Position numbers and translations under genes: made by a program | From: Vicugna vicugna | Taxonomy: Eukaryota | DNA length: 64,000 bases | Direction of reading: 5' to 3' | NCBI GenBank assembly: GCA_013265495.1 | Contig: MU057801.1 | Location: 2,508,765 to 2,572,764 of the forward strand | Notes under the pieces: model-generated | Database searches by the model: none | Seen by the model: only the letters and a program-made list of their open reading frames with translations | What the model was told of the DNA's origin: nothing | Shown here: in pieces, positions 1 through 12,775 of the stretch | How positions within the stretch are numbered: the first letter of the stretch is position 1 | Layout: every line of letters begins with the position of its first letter

Positions 1-389
1 GGGGCGGGTCCTGGGGGGCGGCTCCTAGTCAGCGCAGGAGGCTTCCTGCTTGCAGGTGCACAGACCACGACCCCCTTCACCGCCACCCAGGGGCGTGCCC
101 TTAGGGCCAAGCCTTGTCGCCTTTCCTGGGAAATTATACAGAAGGAACTCCGTAAGCATCAGCTTGAAGACTGCCGTGACCCCGTCCCATCGCGGCCCTG
201 GGATCCTCACTGAACGTTTGCAAGTCTCGTTCCTCGTGTGTCTGTGTGACACCGCGGCGCTTTTGAAAGCAGACCTACAGCCAAGAAGACGTTTCTAGAC
301 AAGGGCTGCGTGGCTGCACGTTGTCAATCATCTCTGCGAGGAAGCAGACTGGCCCGTCTCTTTGGCACGTGGGTTACTTCCAGCTGAAA

Positions 390-720
390 ACCGTCGAGAC
401 GCGAAGCCCCCGGAAGGCGCCTTGACCTCCCCCGGGGCCGCAGGCACGTGGGCGGGCGCCGGGCCCGGAAGGGAGCGCCGCCGGGACGGCTGCAGGGCCA
501 GCGGGCTGTGCGGACAGAGCGAGCAGGGCCCTCCGGGGCACCCTGTCCCGCCGTCCCTGCCGGGCCCCCAGACCGCTGCCCGCGCACTCTTCCGTCTCCA
601 ACGCCCGTCGCCGTCTCCCTCTGACGTCCCAAACCGCTGCCGCAGCGTCTTCATTTCTCTGTGGCCGAAGATGACATTTAAGGCGAGGAGCTCAGTCCCC
701 GGTCCCCTACGGGCGCGTGT
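390..720. promoter_or_regulatory. Small CpG-rich patch with promoter/enhancer-like motifs
   Basis: Dense CpG; CCGGAAG (ETS-like) at 410-416 and 465-471, CACGTG at 445-450, GGGCGGG at 450-456. Function is inference only. Confidence 0.25.
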
Positions 721-1499
721 TGCTGCACTTCTGTCTGACTGTCTCCTGTTAGTCAGCTTCACGCCAGGTTAGTCTGCACACCATGGACAAGAACCTGGAA
801 GGGTGAAGGGAAACTTCTTCCCCGACGTCCCCACGGAGAGACTTCCCTGAAGCGGCAATTGCATCATGAAGATGGACCCCCACCCCTGCCGTGACCCCCA
901 CTCGCGTGTCCAGGCCCTCACTGGGTGGTGGACTTCACTCCAGACGTTTTGCACACCATCTCATCGTTGCCTTTGAGCCAGGGTTACCATTACCACCAGC
1001 TAAAAGTGGACTTGGAGGCCTCTTGGCGGGTCGGTAACTTCCCCCAGGTCAGCAGCTCAAAGCCTCGTGGTGTCACCAGCACCCTTGTGGGGCTGCAAAG
1101 CCAGACAGTCTGGCTGGTCGCTCTGCCTGGTCTAGTTAAAGCAGCTCAATTTAATTGCCAAAATACCAATTCCATGCAAAGTGCCCGCCAGCCTGCCCGG
1201 CTGTCATTGCCCACCCAAGCTCGGCGCCTGTCCCGCCAGCAGCCACGACGGCAGACGTCACCCCGGGCCCTCCCAGTGGAGCTGGGCTGCCTCCGGTGAA
1301 TCACGACTTCACCTCTCTGACCTCAGCTTCGAGCTGAGTCGGGAAGGATCGCATCTCTGTCTCTGACTCAGGCGTCGGATCACGAGCTTGATGTCGCTGC
1401 TTCGATGGCTCGATGCCCCGTCTCCGAGCGGGTCTCAGCTCCCTGTCAGCAGCCCACAAGCCTCCCTCTCACAGCGACGTGGCTCCACCCAGCTCCTTG

Positions 1500-1935
1500 C
1501 ACCAAACCCTGGGCTCATCGCAGACTCATTTCTTACTCCCGCACCCAGCGTCTAATCCGTTAGGAGACCCCAGTGCTCTGCCTGCAGAGGGAGACTCCTG
1601 CAGCCCCTGGCACCCACCTGGACCTGAGCCACACCGCCGCTCTCATCACCCCGCCCCCGCTAAGCGGGCTCCCGGCTTCCCTGACCTCCCCCAACACCCC
1701 ACCTCGAACATTCACAATCCAACAGCCAGTCAGCCCCTCAAAACACACGCCGAGCCAGGCCAGCCCTCAGCTCACATCCGTGAGCGTCACACCCCGCTCA
1801 GAGTGAGGTCGCAGGACGCCCGCCCCCTCGCTCCTTCTCCAGCAAGACACCCGCTCTGGCCATGGGGCCACGTCCGGCTGTTCCCTCTGCCGGAGCGCTC
1901 CTGCCCGATTTCCACGTGGCTGACCCCCTCTGCAG
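1500..1935 (+). mobile_element. L2 LINE remnant
   Basis: 'ccaaaccctgggctcatcgcagactc...ctaatcc' and 'gctgttccctctgccggagcgctc...ccacgtggctgacccc' resemble L2 3' region hallmarks (remembered consensus); highly diverged. Confidence 0.55.
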
Positions 1936-3557
1936 GGGGACGGCCCTGGCAACCCTCACTCCATCCCCCCGATACATCCTTCTTCCAGAGGGACCATCGT
2001 CCGGATGTCCCTCAGACCCTGCTGAGCGCCACACGAGCGGGAGTCCCAGCCTCAGCCTCAGGCCGCAGCCTCTGCTGGAGCCCCTGGCCACCTCCGCACG
2101 CAGACGGGATGAGAGACACACTGGGTGCCACTGGTCCTGACTCGGGTGAGAGGCGCGGCCAGGAGGGCCATGCAGCATGTGAGGGTCGCGAGGTCACTCC
2201 CCACAGGGCACAGGCCCTAGACTGAGCCGGCGTCTCCCACAGACGCCCGCCCGAGGGCCCTTGGTCACGTGTGCTCCGATGCAGGTTACAGCCAGTGGCA
2301 GACCTCTGGGAAGCAGGCCACCCGGAATCCTCTCCCTCGGAGTGGAAGTCCACGTCCTGACCGTCCTCCGACGGGCCTGGCGAGTAGACACCGGCTCCTG
2401 GGCCCCTCAGGGCAGGCCACTCTGACATGCTGGCTGCACTCGGATGCCTGAATTCCTCCGGGGCTCCCTGCCCATCCACTTCCTCTGTCCCCACAGGGAC
2501 TCCTTGGGGTCCTCCACCAGGTGACCGGTTTGCAACCCAACCCTGCCTCTGGTCTACATGCGGCCAAATCCAACCTGGGCACCTTCAGATGCAGAATGCG
2601 ATTGTGGACCATGGTCGGAAACCATGCACAAGGGGGCGGCTTCTCCATCTGGTCTACCTCCCTCCTGTGAGCAAGCATGAGGACAAGGCGTCTTAGCAGA
2701 AACTGACCATAGACTGAGGGGTGTCCATGTGCGTGCATTTACAACACACGCATGCATTACATGTGTGTCTAGAAGAGCATCCTTGCCCTTGCAGGGCTCT
2801 GCTCAGTTTCGACAAGCGAAGCTCTCAGCTTTTCTAAAGGAAGGTGCTGTGAGTCAACAGGATTCTGGCTGCCTGGAGATTATCTTGCTGATATGCTGGC
2901 TGGCTTTTCTGTTTCTAAAGAAACTTATTTCACTGCTCCTTTTGCAAAATACTGAGAGCTCTCTGCTTCTAAACACGCCTCCACGTTGCTCTTCAAGGTG
3001 GGCCGAGCGTCACCCGTGCCATGGCTCCGGCCGGCTCAGTGTTCAGCTCGGCCGCCGGTGCCAGGGCGTGCGAGGCACAGACCCTCCTGTCTGCCCTGCT
3101 TCCTTCCGCGCGTCGAGGTGCGCACACAGCTGGTCAGGGCAGCTGCTCGGCCGCCCAGCACAGGGAGGGGCACCGTTGCTGCCCAAGACTCCCAGACTGA
3201 CTCCACGGACGCCGTGAGGCCGGAGCCGGAGGAACACGCTTCGGGGGTCCGCTGCCCACAGGTTTGCACGCACTGTTCCTCAGGGAAGGAGTCGGGGGCT
3301 GCTGGCCTCTGCTGGGGGGGCGGGGGGGGGAGTGACCAGGGGGCTTCCTGCCTTTCATCCGGACACTCAGCAAGCCAAGAAGGAACTCGGCTCGGAGGGA
3401 GGGCACAGAGATTGGTCCTAAAAGACAAACGCTGGGTCGCAGCCGCCCCAGGATCAGATGGGAACAGCCGGGAGGTGCTGAGCTGGGTCAGCATCCAGGT
3501 GAGCTGCAAGTCCCAGACACACTCCAGCGGGAAAGATGCCCAGGAGGTCACAGTGCG

Positions 3558-3813
3558 TCCATCCATTCTACCGCTGATGGGCATGTGAGTCATTCCCAGG
3601 GTCCTGTGTCATGGGCATGCTGCTGTGGTCACTCTGGTACCCGTCTCTGGTGTAAATGTGGCACGATTCCGGCATGATCTCGTGTCGTGGACTCCAGGTA
3701 TGTTCCGTCTTGGTGGGGGCTCCCAAGCTCTTTTCCAAGTGGTTCCACAAATTCAATTCATGCTAGAAATGCATCAGAATTCAGTTTGCTCCACAGCCTT
3801 CCCAACACTTGGC
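3558..3813 (-). mobile_element. Old L1M fragment (ORF2 3' end, antisense)
   Basis: 'gctgatgggcatgtgagtcattccc...ttttccaagtggttccacaaatt...gtttgctccacagccttcccaacacttgg' follows the antisense L1M 3' ORF2 pattern. Confidence 0.7.
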
Positions 3814-3867
3814 TAAAATACCATCACACTGGCCTTCGAGGAGACGCAAATACAGGCGAAATGTAAT

Positions 3868-4030
3868 ACACACACATGGGGTGTGATGTGTACACTGGGG
3901 TGTGATGTACATCCACTGGGACGTGATAGGCACACACGGGGGTGTGATGTGTGCACTGGGGTGTGATCTGCACACACAGGGGTGTGACATGTGCACGGGG
4001 GTGTGATGTGCACGTGCAGGTGTGACATAT
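3868..4030. repeat. Minisatellite, ~8 imperfect units of 19-22 bp (cac-n-ggggtgtgatgtg)
   Basis: Directly visible tandem units such as cactggggtgtgatgtacatc, cacgggggtgtgatgtgtg, cacaggggtgtgacatgtg. Confidence 0.85.
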
Positions 4031-4194
4031 ATACTGAAATACATATACTGAATCATAATGTGTGTATACATAACCATTTTCTTGATGACAAGGTATCAGT
4101 TTATCTTTTCATGTTTATTTGCCACTAAAATATTCTCTCTTACGCAATACTTCTTCGAGGCTTCTATTTTTGTAATCAGTTGTCTTAAAACAGC

Positions 4195-5093
4195 ACTTTT
4201 CATATGAAGTAATTATAGATTTACAGGAGGTTGCAAAGATAGTACAGAGAGGCCCCAGGACCCAGCTATTCCCAGTGGCTACAGCTTCGAGAATTTGTGC
4301 ACAAAATCCAAGTCAGGAGAGTGCCACTGCTTTTGTTACGCAGCACGTTGGTTCAAGACGTCACAGGCACGGTGACCCGGTCCTTGCTATCACTGAGTTG
4401 GCGTTCACGGTTCAGACGGACCGTCGTTTATTTAACCACCATCTGTTTGGAACATCCTGGGTGCGTTCAGATTTTAGCTACTACAAATAAATAGCTACTG
4501 CTGTGAAGAATCGTGTACAGATGTTTACGCTGACGTAAGTTTTGGTGTCTCTGAGATAAGTGCCCAGGAGTGAACTCGATGGTCACATAGAAAGTGTATG
4601 TTTAGTGTAGCTTGGTTTGTTTTTTTTAAGAAACTGCCAAACTCTTTCCCAGAGTGTCTGCCCGCTTCACGTGTCCAGTGCTGAGCGGCCCAGCTTCTCT
4701 GCAGCAGAACCGAGCGTGGTCAGCGTCTTTTTTTTAATTTCAGTTGTTCTAATGGGCGAGTAGTGACAGCTCACCGTGGTCTCCTTTTGCCCCCCCCAAA
4801 GAGCTAGCTAGCGACACTGAGCGCCTCTTCGTGTGCCTGTTTCATGCCTGGGTGCCACCTTCGGCGAAACGCCTGCCCGGGCCTTCTGCCCACTTTCCCC
4901 GCAAATTCGTGTTGAGTTTCAGGAGAGCGTCAGGTACTCCAGGTGCGAGACCTTCATCAGACGGGTGGGTCCCAGACCCCTCCTCCCAGCTGTAGTTTGT
5001 CCTCTGATCCTCTAGCAAGTTCTTCTGTGGAGCAAAGGGTTTGAGTTTTGATGAACCCTGTCTTCATCTTAGTAATTTTTACTGTATAATTTG
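4195..5093 (-). mobile_element. L1MB/L1MC-type 3' end and ORF2 tail, antisense, running into a gap
   Basis: 'aattatagatttacaggaggttgcaaagatagtacagagagg' (L1M 3' terminus), then 'aagaaactgccaaactctttcccagagtg' and 'ttctaatgggcgagtagtgacagctcaccgtgg'. Confidence 0.8.
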
Positions 5094-5466
5094 NNNNNNN
5101 NNNNNNNNNNNNNNNNNNNNNNNNNNNNNNNNNNNNNNNNNNNNNNNNNNNNNNNNNNNNNNNNNNNNNNNNNNNNNNNNNNNNNNNNNNNNNNNNNNNN
5201 NNNNNNNNNNNNNNNNNNNNNNNNNNNNNNNNNNNNNNNNNNNNNNNNNNNNNNNNNNNNNNNNNNNNNNNNNNNNNNNNNNNNNNNNNNNNNNNNNNNN
5301 NNNNNNNNNNNNNNNNNNNNNNNNNNNNNNNNNNNNNNNNNNNNNNNNNNNNNNNNNNNNNNNNNNNNNNNNNNNNNNNNNNNNNNNNNNNNNNNNNNNN
5401 NNNNNNNNNNNNNNNNNNNNNNNNNNNNNNNNNNNNNNNNNNNNNNNNNNNNNNNNNNNNNNNNNN
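5094..5466. other. Assembly gap (373 N)
   Basis: Run of N. Confidence 1.
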
Positions 5467-6255
5467 GGCCCAGCAGCCAGCTGGCCTGTCCTCCCAGGGG
5501 CCTGAAGCCCTCCCCGCGCCCACACTCAGCCCTGAGCTCGCCGGCCCCCCGGGCCGAGAACGCCCCCGGCACGTGCCCTGAGTCCAGCCGGGCAGCCGGG
5601 CGAGCCGACGGCACTGCAGGCCCGCGCTAGCGGTGGCGCCGCCAGGCTAGTTCTGAGCTAGTTCTCGTGCCCCTTATTCAGACTCTTATTATTTTCCTAG
5701 TTGTTTCCTGGAGAGGCCGACCCTCTGCTGCCTGAGTTCTGCAAGGACAGCACGTTCACCCGCAGACTGTGACGTCTGGAAATGAGGGACCAATAACTGT
5801 ATCCACGTGGCTCGCAGCCAGGCACGCCCCCAGGAGCCGGCGCCAAGTGCCTGTTCCCCAGAGACGCCGCGTCACCAGGGCTTCTCCCGATGTAACAGCC
5901 CCCGCCATGCTCTGCCGCTCTGTCCACACTCTCCCTCCTGTCGCCCCACCTTCAGGCCGTAACCAGCTCCTCTCTCCCGAGTCTCCATGGGCTGCGTGGC
6001 CACCTCCCTCTCTCCGCCCTGCACCCCCTCGGGACCTCTGCACTGTCCCCCAACGCCTCCAACCCCACCAGCCTCCCCTCCCGCCCCCTTCCAAGCTCCC
6101 TGCTTTCTTCCTGTCACCAGCATCGTCTATTCTCTGCCCCCCAACCATGGATTCTCTCATTCCCTCTTGTCACCTTGACCTGAGCCTCAGTTCACGTTAC
6201 CAGCATTGGGACCTCAAGGAAGATACTTTTTTTAAAAAAATTGTTATTGTTCCCA

Positions 6256-6294
6256 TGAGCCTCAGCTTCCTTGTGCATAAAATGGGGGGACAAT
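6256..6294 (+). mobile_element. MIR core fragment
   Basis: tgagcctcagcttccttgtgcataaaatgggg resembles the MIR core (gcctcagtttcctcatctgtaaaatgggg). Confidence 0.5.
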
Positions 6295-6446
6295 GCCTTG
6301 GATCTCTGTCATGCAGGTCAGACCTCACTCATGTGGGCAGTATCGGCTGCTGACCTCTGGAAGCAGACGTGATGGTCCAGCAACGCCAAGCACTCACTGT
6401 CCCATTGCCCCTCACGGCGTTCCTACAAGCCAGCACCCTCACCGTG

Positions 6447-6485
6447 TACACCTCACAGGTGAGAAACGGGCGCTCAGAGCGGTGA
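6447..6485 (-). mobile_element. MIR core fragment
   Basis: cacaggtgagaaacgggcgctcagagcggtgaag resembles the antisense MIR core. Confidence 0.4.
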
Positions 6486-7030
6486 AGGCAGGGGAGCCAG
6501 GGCGGAGCCTAGCCTGGCCCAGAGCTGCTCCCCTCCCCCAAACGGGCCATCACCAGGGCCCGGCCAGAACCACAAACATCCAGCAGCTCAGTGGGGGCCT
6601 TGCCAGCAACCCTCTGCAGGAGGCAGAACTGTCACCCCCCGTTCACCAAGGATGGAGCGCTCTCGTGGGAATTGCACCCACATTCTGGAGCCCTGGGGGG
6701 CTGGCTTGTCTCGAGGGTGGTCCGAGCGTCTCCCCTGCCCCCACCAGCGTATGCAGGCCTTTCCCCTTTCGGGAGATGGATTGCCTCCCTTCCCCTTGAG
6801 TCCAAGCCTAGCAGCTCACTCAGCTGCTGATGGGGATGAGATCTGGGGCTTCTGGGCTGGGTCCTGAGAGGCCTGCGGACTCCGCCCAAGCCCCGTGGCC
6901 TCGGAGCACTTGGTCTTGGAGTCAGAAGGCCACCCCGCTGCCGGAAGGACGCGGGGAGAGGCCCCGAGACTGAGGCAACGTTGCCAGGGCTCACCCGCAG
7001 GCAGGGCCCCGACACCAGGCAGGCGCCGAG

Positions 7031-7075
7031 CCCTTACTTTACTGAGGCCAAACTGTGAGGCTCAGAGAGGCTGTG
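7031..7075 (-). mobile_element. MIR core fragment
   Basis: actgaggccaaactgtgaggctcagagagg resembles the antisense MIR core. Confidence 0.35.
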
Positions 7076-7533
7076 AGGAGCTGGGTGAGAGTGATGAAGC
7101 TAGAATCAGCCCCAGCGCCCTCGGGCCCCACCATGGGCTCTGCCCAGTCCTGCTTCTGAGCGTGGGGTGGGGGGGCTGCGGCCTCAGACCCAGTCGGGCC
7201 GGGCTGCTCCCTCCTGCTGCTCAGAACCACCAGAGCTGGTGGCCACGTGGGTCAGAGCCTTCTCTTCTGGGGAAGAGAGGGGCCGTTGGTGGGAGCAGAT
7301 AGCGGGTGAAACGGAGCCCCTGCGGGGAGGTGCGCCCACTGCTCCTGCCCGGGCAGGGGAGGCGGGCGGCGGCGCTGGAGGGACCGGCCCAGCGCGCACG
7401 CGGCCGAAGCCTCCCTCCTGCGGGCGCCGCGCTCGCTGCCGACACAGCCCTGACATCCTAGTGGGAGCGCCTGTCCCCGGCCCCGCACGGCTCTCCGGCT
7501 CGTTCCCCTCAAATTCCAGCTCTCTGTGAAGGA

Positions 7534-7685
7534 AACACATGCACACATATACACACACAAACATATACACACAACATAGTGCACATACAACACACACAAG
7601 AAACACATATACAAGTGCAACACACATCACACACAACATATGTGCACAGCGTACACACACACACACACGTAACACACACACACAC
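7534..7685. repeat. Degenerate (CA)n-rich simple repeat
   Basis: acacatatacacacacaaacatatacacac...acacacacacacacacgtaacacacacacacac. Confidence 0.9.
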
Positions 7686-10600
7686 CCCACCCTCACACTC
7701 CTGCCTGGCTCGGTTCCCAGCCCCACTTTCTCTCTTAGACCAGCACCCTGGGTTCTGGGAGGGGGCCGCTCACTGAACCCCCCCTCCCCACCCTGATGCC
7801 CACAGACCCCTTCTCCCTGCCCCTCCCCGACCGCAGCTCCAGCCTCGAGTCCCAGGTGTGTCGACATCAGGGCGCAGAGGCGGGGCAGGAGGCTCACCTC
7901 CTCTTCAGATCCACAGCTTTGTGGTCCCGAGATGCCCACACGGGACCACTGGGCAGAGTGTCCCTGTCCCGGGAATGTGGCCGGTGTGCGGGACGGGACT
8001 CCAGACGGCTCTGTCTCCAGGCCGCCCAGCTCCTGGCCGCGCGGGGAGGGACCCTGCGTGAGGCGGGCGCCCACGTGTTAGGATTTCATTGCCCTCGTTC
8101 TATTCTCGCTTGTGCTGAGTCTCTCATCCTGTTTATTCTTTCAGTAAAGTTTGACGTCTGGTGCTGAAGGCCGGGACTGAGCTCTCCCGCTCCTGCGGTG
8201 ACGGCTGTCCGCTGGCCCCCGTGGTCGCCTCGCAGCGTGGGCGCCGCCAGATCGCGCTGTACGCCTCAGACGAGCACTCACATGTCGGTCACAGCTCCAA
8301 GTCGTGGGAAACGCTATTCTGAAGGGGGCGCCGAGCAGTGGTGCAGGCCTTTGGCTCCGGGTCACGCGTGGCTGGTTCGGCAGGTGCACGGGCGCAGCTG
8401 GTGGAGAGCCGAATGCTCAGCTTCCTGGGAAACGCGCTGACCCCCGGGGCCTGCGACAGCCGCAGCCCAGCCCAGGAGAACGGCCGCTTCCTGGGGGCGG
8501 CACCGGTTTCCCGGACCGGCTCCCCTTCCTGAACGAGACCCTCGGGACCTCAGACCTGCTCAGGCTGCCGCCCTCCTTCCTCAGCACCTGCCCTCCGTCC
8601 TGTTTTCCCCCAGACGCTCCCGCCCCAGCTTCTCTGCCCTGCGCTCCGTCCCCACGGGCTGATCCCCGTGGACGAGCTGGTGCGTTGCTGGCTGAGAACG
8701 ACCGGCGGAGGCGGGAGGTTTGGAGTAGAGAGAAACCAGGTGTTTCTCCTGACGGCCCGGTTCAGGCAGCTGGCTCGGGCAGTGCCTGTGCTCCTGCGAG
8801 GACAGCTCCCGCCAGGGGACCTTCCCCCAGGGCAGCCGGCTTCGTGCCTTCACCCGACCTGGTCTGGCCCGTGGCCCTGCCCCCCCACCTCCCAGTGCTG
8901 CTTCCACGGAAGCCTCTTCGTCTGAACCTCCCGGGGCCAAGCCTGCCCCGGGACTGTTCCCGAACCTCTCTGGGCCCCTGGCTCCACATCCCATACCTCT
9001 GCGGGAGGAGCCCCACCCCGATGCAGTGGCCACAGCCCCGGGCGTCCACTCCAGTCAGGCCCCCTTTGCGCTTACCCCAATCCCTCCCCGCCTGTCAGAG
9101 AAAGGAACCAGAAAGGGCTGACTTCTTCCTGACCTAGAAGACGCAAACCCTCGGAAACTGTAGGTAGGGGGCTGTCAGTCTGCGACCCCAGCTTAGCTGG
9201 ACTGTGGATCCCACCCCACTGGGTTGGCAGGAAACACGCCCCGTTTAATTTGGGGGTGCCTCCTTCAGGAACGTGCTGTGTCGGGAGCTCCGGGGTCTGG
9301 GGTCCAGGCTGCCTGGAAGGGGTCCGCGCCTGGGGAGGGCTCTTGGGCAGCGCTCACCGCCTGCCCCGGCTTCCCCTGCGGCCCGAGCCCTGTCTTTGCC
9401 TTGCACTCATGTCCTCCACGGCCGCAGGAGGGAGGGAGCCTTCTCCACGCCTGCGTGCCCCTCCTGAGCTCAGCCGGCACCTCTGCCTCCTAGACCCTGT
9501 CCCACCCCATCGGCCCTGGAAACTCTCACTCCTGCTTTGGGCGAGCCCCTCTCTCCTCCCACCTTCTCCCACCCCATTTCCCCTCTCCATCCACCACCAG
9601 CCCTGAGAAATCCTCGGGCTCAGGGCTGTGGACACAAAAGCCAGGAAACCTCTCGGGTTCAGCTCCCTCCCTCCCCTGGGGCTCAGAACCGGGCCCCCGG
9701 GTGGCTGGGAAGGGGGACGTTCAGGAGGGGACAACCTTTGGCATGAAGCATCTCAGGAGATCGCCAAGCCCACCGGGCAGAAACACGACAGCCAGGTGGT
9801 CCTGTTCTTGGGGGAAAGGAGCGGGATCCACGCAGGCATGGAGCCCTGGCTTCAGCCCCCGCGGTGCCCGGCCCTCACTGGGCTGTTTGTCTGCTTTCCC
9901 TGAACCGGGGTCTTCTGAATGGACCTTGTGCCAAGAAGGCATCTGGGGAAAAAAAGGTCTCAAGATACCCTCAGGCACCTTCTTTTGAGGGCCTTTTCAG
10001 ACACCATGTATCTTCTTCTCAAAAATAAGGGGCCCCTCTCTGCTGTGGAGGGACCTCACCTCCCCCACGCTGGCCGCCCACGCCACCACCGTCGTGGACG
10101 GAGCCCACCGACTCCCTCCTGGCAGGTGAGCCGGGCCCAGGCTCGGGGCTCCTGCAACCCGTCAGCCGGGCTGGGAAGTCTGTCTCCCGACACTGAAGAC
10201 GCCGCAGTGGCCTGGGTGCCGGCTCGGCCCCGATGTAGCACCACGTGAATGGAGAGAGATTTACACCTGACAGCACCGGGCGCCAGCCGGCAGCAGCCAA
10301 CACGCTGCCTCCCGGAAACTGGTCTGTGTGCTCGGCCCTGGCGGGGTGGCCCCGCCCGCCAGGCTCCCGCGCGATTGACAGACTGAGCGCTTTCTAGTTA
10401 CTCTTCCTGAGAAAGGTTACTTGGCTGTTTTCCCGCGGACGCCGCGGCGCTGGGGTGCGGCTGGGCAGACGGGGTGCTCACGACAGTCTGGCTCACGCTG
10501 GGTGAAGTGGGCGCCCTGCAGGGCGGAGCAGACAGAGGACCGATGACTGGGTTGTTCTCGATGGCCCCAGGGTGTGGTGTGGGCAGCTGTGAGGGCCCGT

Positions 10601-12728
10601 CCTGACCTGGAATTTGCATGACAGTCCGCAGCCCACGGGCCGCTCACCTTTACGGCTGGACGTGTGAGCGCCCCCTTCAGGAGAGGAGCACAGAATGGCT
10701 CTCGCCTGCTCTTTGATCGTGTTCACGGGGGAAGTATTTCACGTTCTCTTTGAATGTTTTTGTACATCAGTTATGTCTCCATTAAAGAAAGAAAATTTCT
10801 GATGATGGAAAAGGGCTAAAAATCTTGCTGATTAAGCCATGCACTCTTCTTATGACAGCCTTACCCTTAATGGAAACATTCTGCATTAATTCAGCCTAAG
10901 GCCCTGGTCTCCAGCTCCTCCAGAACCTGGACACCCAGCTAGACCCGCAGCGCTGAAGCGCGGCACCAGAACTGCCAAGGTCGCCTCCCCTGCCCTGTGC
11001 GCTGCAGAGACACGCTTTCTGCTTCCAGCATCTCAGACGGCCCTGTGAGGACCTCATCCTCGCGAGGCCAGCGGCTCCAGAGTGGGAACCAGAGGTGCGC
11101 CCCACTGCCTGTTGGAGGGGCCCCAGGAGCTGCATGCAGGGATGTGTGTGCACGGGGTGGAGCTGAGAAGCTGAGTGGCGGGTCCCAGAGATCGGGGAGC
11201 CCCTGGGACCGCGGGACCAGCTCCCCGGAGTGGCGGTGACACTGCCAGGGCACAGCAGAGGGTCACTGGTCGGAGCCAGAGCCACATCACAGCCGCCTCC
11301 TGCTGGACGGGGCACCCAGAGGGGTCGAGAGGTTCACCCAGGGGCCACACAGGAAGCAGAGAAGGGACGAGAAACACCTGCTCCTCCCTCCCTCACTCCC
11401 TCCCCCTCCCGCCAGAGCCTCCATCGTCCAGCCCCGCCCCGACGCGGCTGGCCCAGGGCTGAGGGAGGGCAGGTCCTGCAGGACAGGGGCAAGGAGAGCA
11501 AGGTGGACGGGGCAATCCTGGAGCTGGCCCACTGCCCGCCTCCTCAGATCTCTTAAAGATGAGTCTCCGGGATGAGGTGTGACAGGTGCGTCATTGTCAC
11601 TGGTCCCTTCATCAGAATCAGGATTCAGTCTTGCCCCCAACAACCAGCCCTCTCTGCACAGGGCGGCCGGTGGCTGGCTGCCCGACGGCCCCTCCTCCGT
11701 CCCCCGCCTGGGTGGGCCGAGCACTTCTCCCCAACGCGCACCTCTGGCGACACCCAGAGCCCTTCCTGGCGACGCAGAGCACTGACCAGAAGGCCCGCGC
11801 ATCCGCTGCCTCTCCTCCCTTCTCTGCCCTTGGCACCGCGAGGATGGCTGCTTTCTCGTCAGTCCTCAGTCCGGGCCCGTCTCACTGCGTCTCTTCTGTC
11901 GACCTGTTGAGTGTGGCGGGAACCAGGTGGTGGGCTGTCCTGCAGCCACAGCATTACCGGCCAGGTCTCCTCGGACTGATCCCGGCCGGTGAGCAGCTCT
12001 CAGCAGCAGCGGGTCCACACACGCTTTCTTCCCCAGAAGGTCACCATGCCAGACGCCAGCCCGGTGGGTGTGCCAGGGACCCAGGTGTGGCTCATGTCCC
12101 CACCTGGGGACAGAAAGGTGGAAGCACCAGAGCACAGCGCGGCGAGCAGCCTGAGCTCAGGGCTGGCCAGCCCCCTGGATCCCAGAGCCCCACCAGTGCC
12201 CGCGGCATCCCCTTCGAGGACGGGGGCCCTTCCAGCCATGCAGAACCCACCTCCTTAGAGGGCAGCTCCCACTAGCGCTCACGGTGCAGCCTCCCTCCCA
12301 GTTAAAACGGCGGCCTGGCCCCCCTGCCCTTCCAGCAGGTCTGAACACGTCAGGAAGGCGGGGGCGGTGGGGGGACAACTGGGGCCCAATTTGCAGCTCT
12401 GTCCCCATTTCCTCCTGAGCCCCACGGGGGAGACCTCCCCACTCTGATTGGAGAGAGGCCGGAAGGAGAGGCGTCTTGGAGGCCCCATCTGTCCTGGGCA
12501 CAGTCCACCCTGCAGGAGGCCCGGGGAGGGCAGGGCTGACAGCATCTGGGCGACCGGGCAGGACCCCTGGGATCCCCGCCGCTTCAGTGCGGTAAGCCTC
12601 GCGAAGTGTCCAGGGAAGGGACACAAAATGATTACATTCTCAGTTGTAAATTGACTCTGGGAAGATGAATTTCAGGGACAGCGTGAGACTAAGCTATGGC
12701 TCGTGGGAAACATGATAATTTTTTTCTT

Positions 12729-12775
12729 TCAAACTTTTATTAAGATGCCTACTCTGTCCTGGGCCCTTGTGCAGC
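12729..12775 (-). mobile_element. L2 3' terminal fragment
   Basis: tcaaacttttattaagatgcctactctgtcctgggccc resembles the antisense L2 end (tttattgagcacctactatgtgccaggc). Confidence 0.4.

Noticed and set aside
1322-1338. Hairpin CTCAGCT-tcg-AGCTGAG
   Set aside because: A 7-bp stem is expected by chance; no pre-miRNA-length fold is evident.
4957-5630. ORFs of 150-180 aa spanning N gaps (also at 27.3-27.8 kb)
   Set aside because: Artefacts of translating through N runs.
6664-12709. Three RBPJ/CSL sites CGTGGGAA (6664, 8303, 12702)
   Set aside because: Rough expectation for this 8-mer on two strands of 64 kb at about 60% GC is 2-3, and they are not paired or tightly clustered.
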